Positions 63,401-64,000 of a DNA stretch of 64,000 bases are shown here, piece by piece (positions within the stretch are counted from its first letter, which is position 1; every line of letters begins with the position of its first letter). A program made the translations under genes and the position numbers. The stretch is taken from positions 11,594,001 to 11,658,000 of the forward strand of contig OZ281501.1 in NCBI GenBank assembly GCA_965637545.1. Direction: 5' to 3'. The notes under the pieces are model-generated. The model had not been told where the DNA came from and ran no database searches. It saw only the letters and a program-made list of their open reading frames with translations. Origin of the DNA: Phallusia mammillata. Taxonomy: Eukaryota.

Positions 63401-64000
63401 AGATGCCACACAGTGTTGTTAACAATATCCAAAGTTGGCATATTTAATTACCTCTATTTTTCTTAATACAACTAACGACCCTTAAAGGTTTGATTTTTGC
63501 TAAAAAAATGAGACAAATTTACAAAAACAGCAGTTAAGGAAACTGTTTTGTAATCGTTCATTTTGAGAAGGTACCGATCAGTTAACGATTCAGACGAGAC
63601 CCTCGCAACATCTTTAAATTGGTGATCGATTAATTGCAAATCGTTAATGGCAAGTTGGTTTAAAATCAAAGTAAAACTCTCTTAAAAACTTACCTGAAGA
63701 AACAAGTACTGCAGTTCGGGCAAATGCGTGAAACAATTGTCTTCGAGGGTTGTCAGGTGATAGTTGTTGCGGAGAGAAATCCAACGTATAGTTTCCAAAG
63801 GCAAATACCATTCAGCACCAAGTGATTGCGAATTTATAGAATGGGATGTAATGGGTCTTATATGCTGCACTGTTTCACCTACCGAGGGAGTCATAATATA
63901 TGGCAAGGAGGCTACATCAAGTTGCATGTCACTGTATGTATTTGGGTCGGTCAGTTTCTGGTTTGTGGAAATGGCCACAAACGTGTAATCGTTCACTGTT
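60472..64000 (-). CDS. Leucine-rich-repeat single-pass membrane protein, 3' part; 5' end lies outside the window
   Basis: Exons >64000-63694, 62419-61977, 61668-61480 and 60955-60472 join in frame. LRRs (IRWISLRNN, LQYLFLQNC, IRAMWLYNN), LRR-CT NPVICDC, TM segment LLIVMLIGPLIFGAAIFMVMVC, stop-transfer RRARRYR, and a low-complexity tail without a TIR domain. Confidence 0.88.

Overview
AT-rich eukaryotic (animal) genomic DNA with compact multi-exon genes and many short GT-AG introns. Gene content and intron style suggest an invertebrate chordate, probably an ascidian tunicate (inference). Most supplied ORFs are exon fragments or noise, so exons were joined by hand. Nine protein-coding loci are supported: the 3' part of an integrin beta-4-like gene (+); an uncharacterised protein with a C-terminal Cys/His domain (-); NDUFB3 (+); an orphan acidic-repeat protein ending in a polybasic CaaX tail (+); a long RS/RG-rich BCLAF1/THRAP3-like gene (+); PRDX6 (+); an RGS-domain gene (-); an alpha-1,3-fucosyltransferase of family GT10 (+); and the 3' part of an LRR transmembrane protein (-). 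Non-coding DNA carries several MITEs with visible TIRs and TSDs and two copies of a tRNA-derived SINE. No CRISPR array, rRNA or intact tRNA was seen, and no multi-gene novel system is evident. The best leads are the remodelled beta-4 cytoplasmic tail, the Cys/His-domain protein with PP1-docking-like motifs, the CaaX repeat protein and the BCLAF1/THRAP3-like gene.
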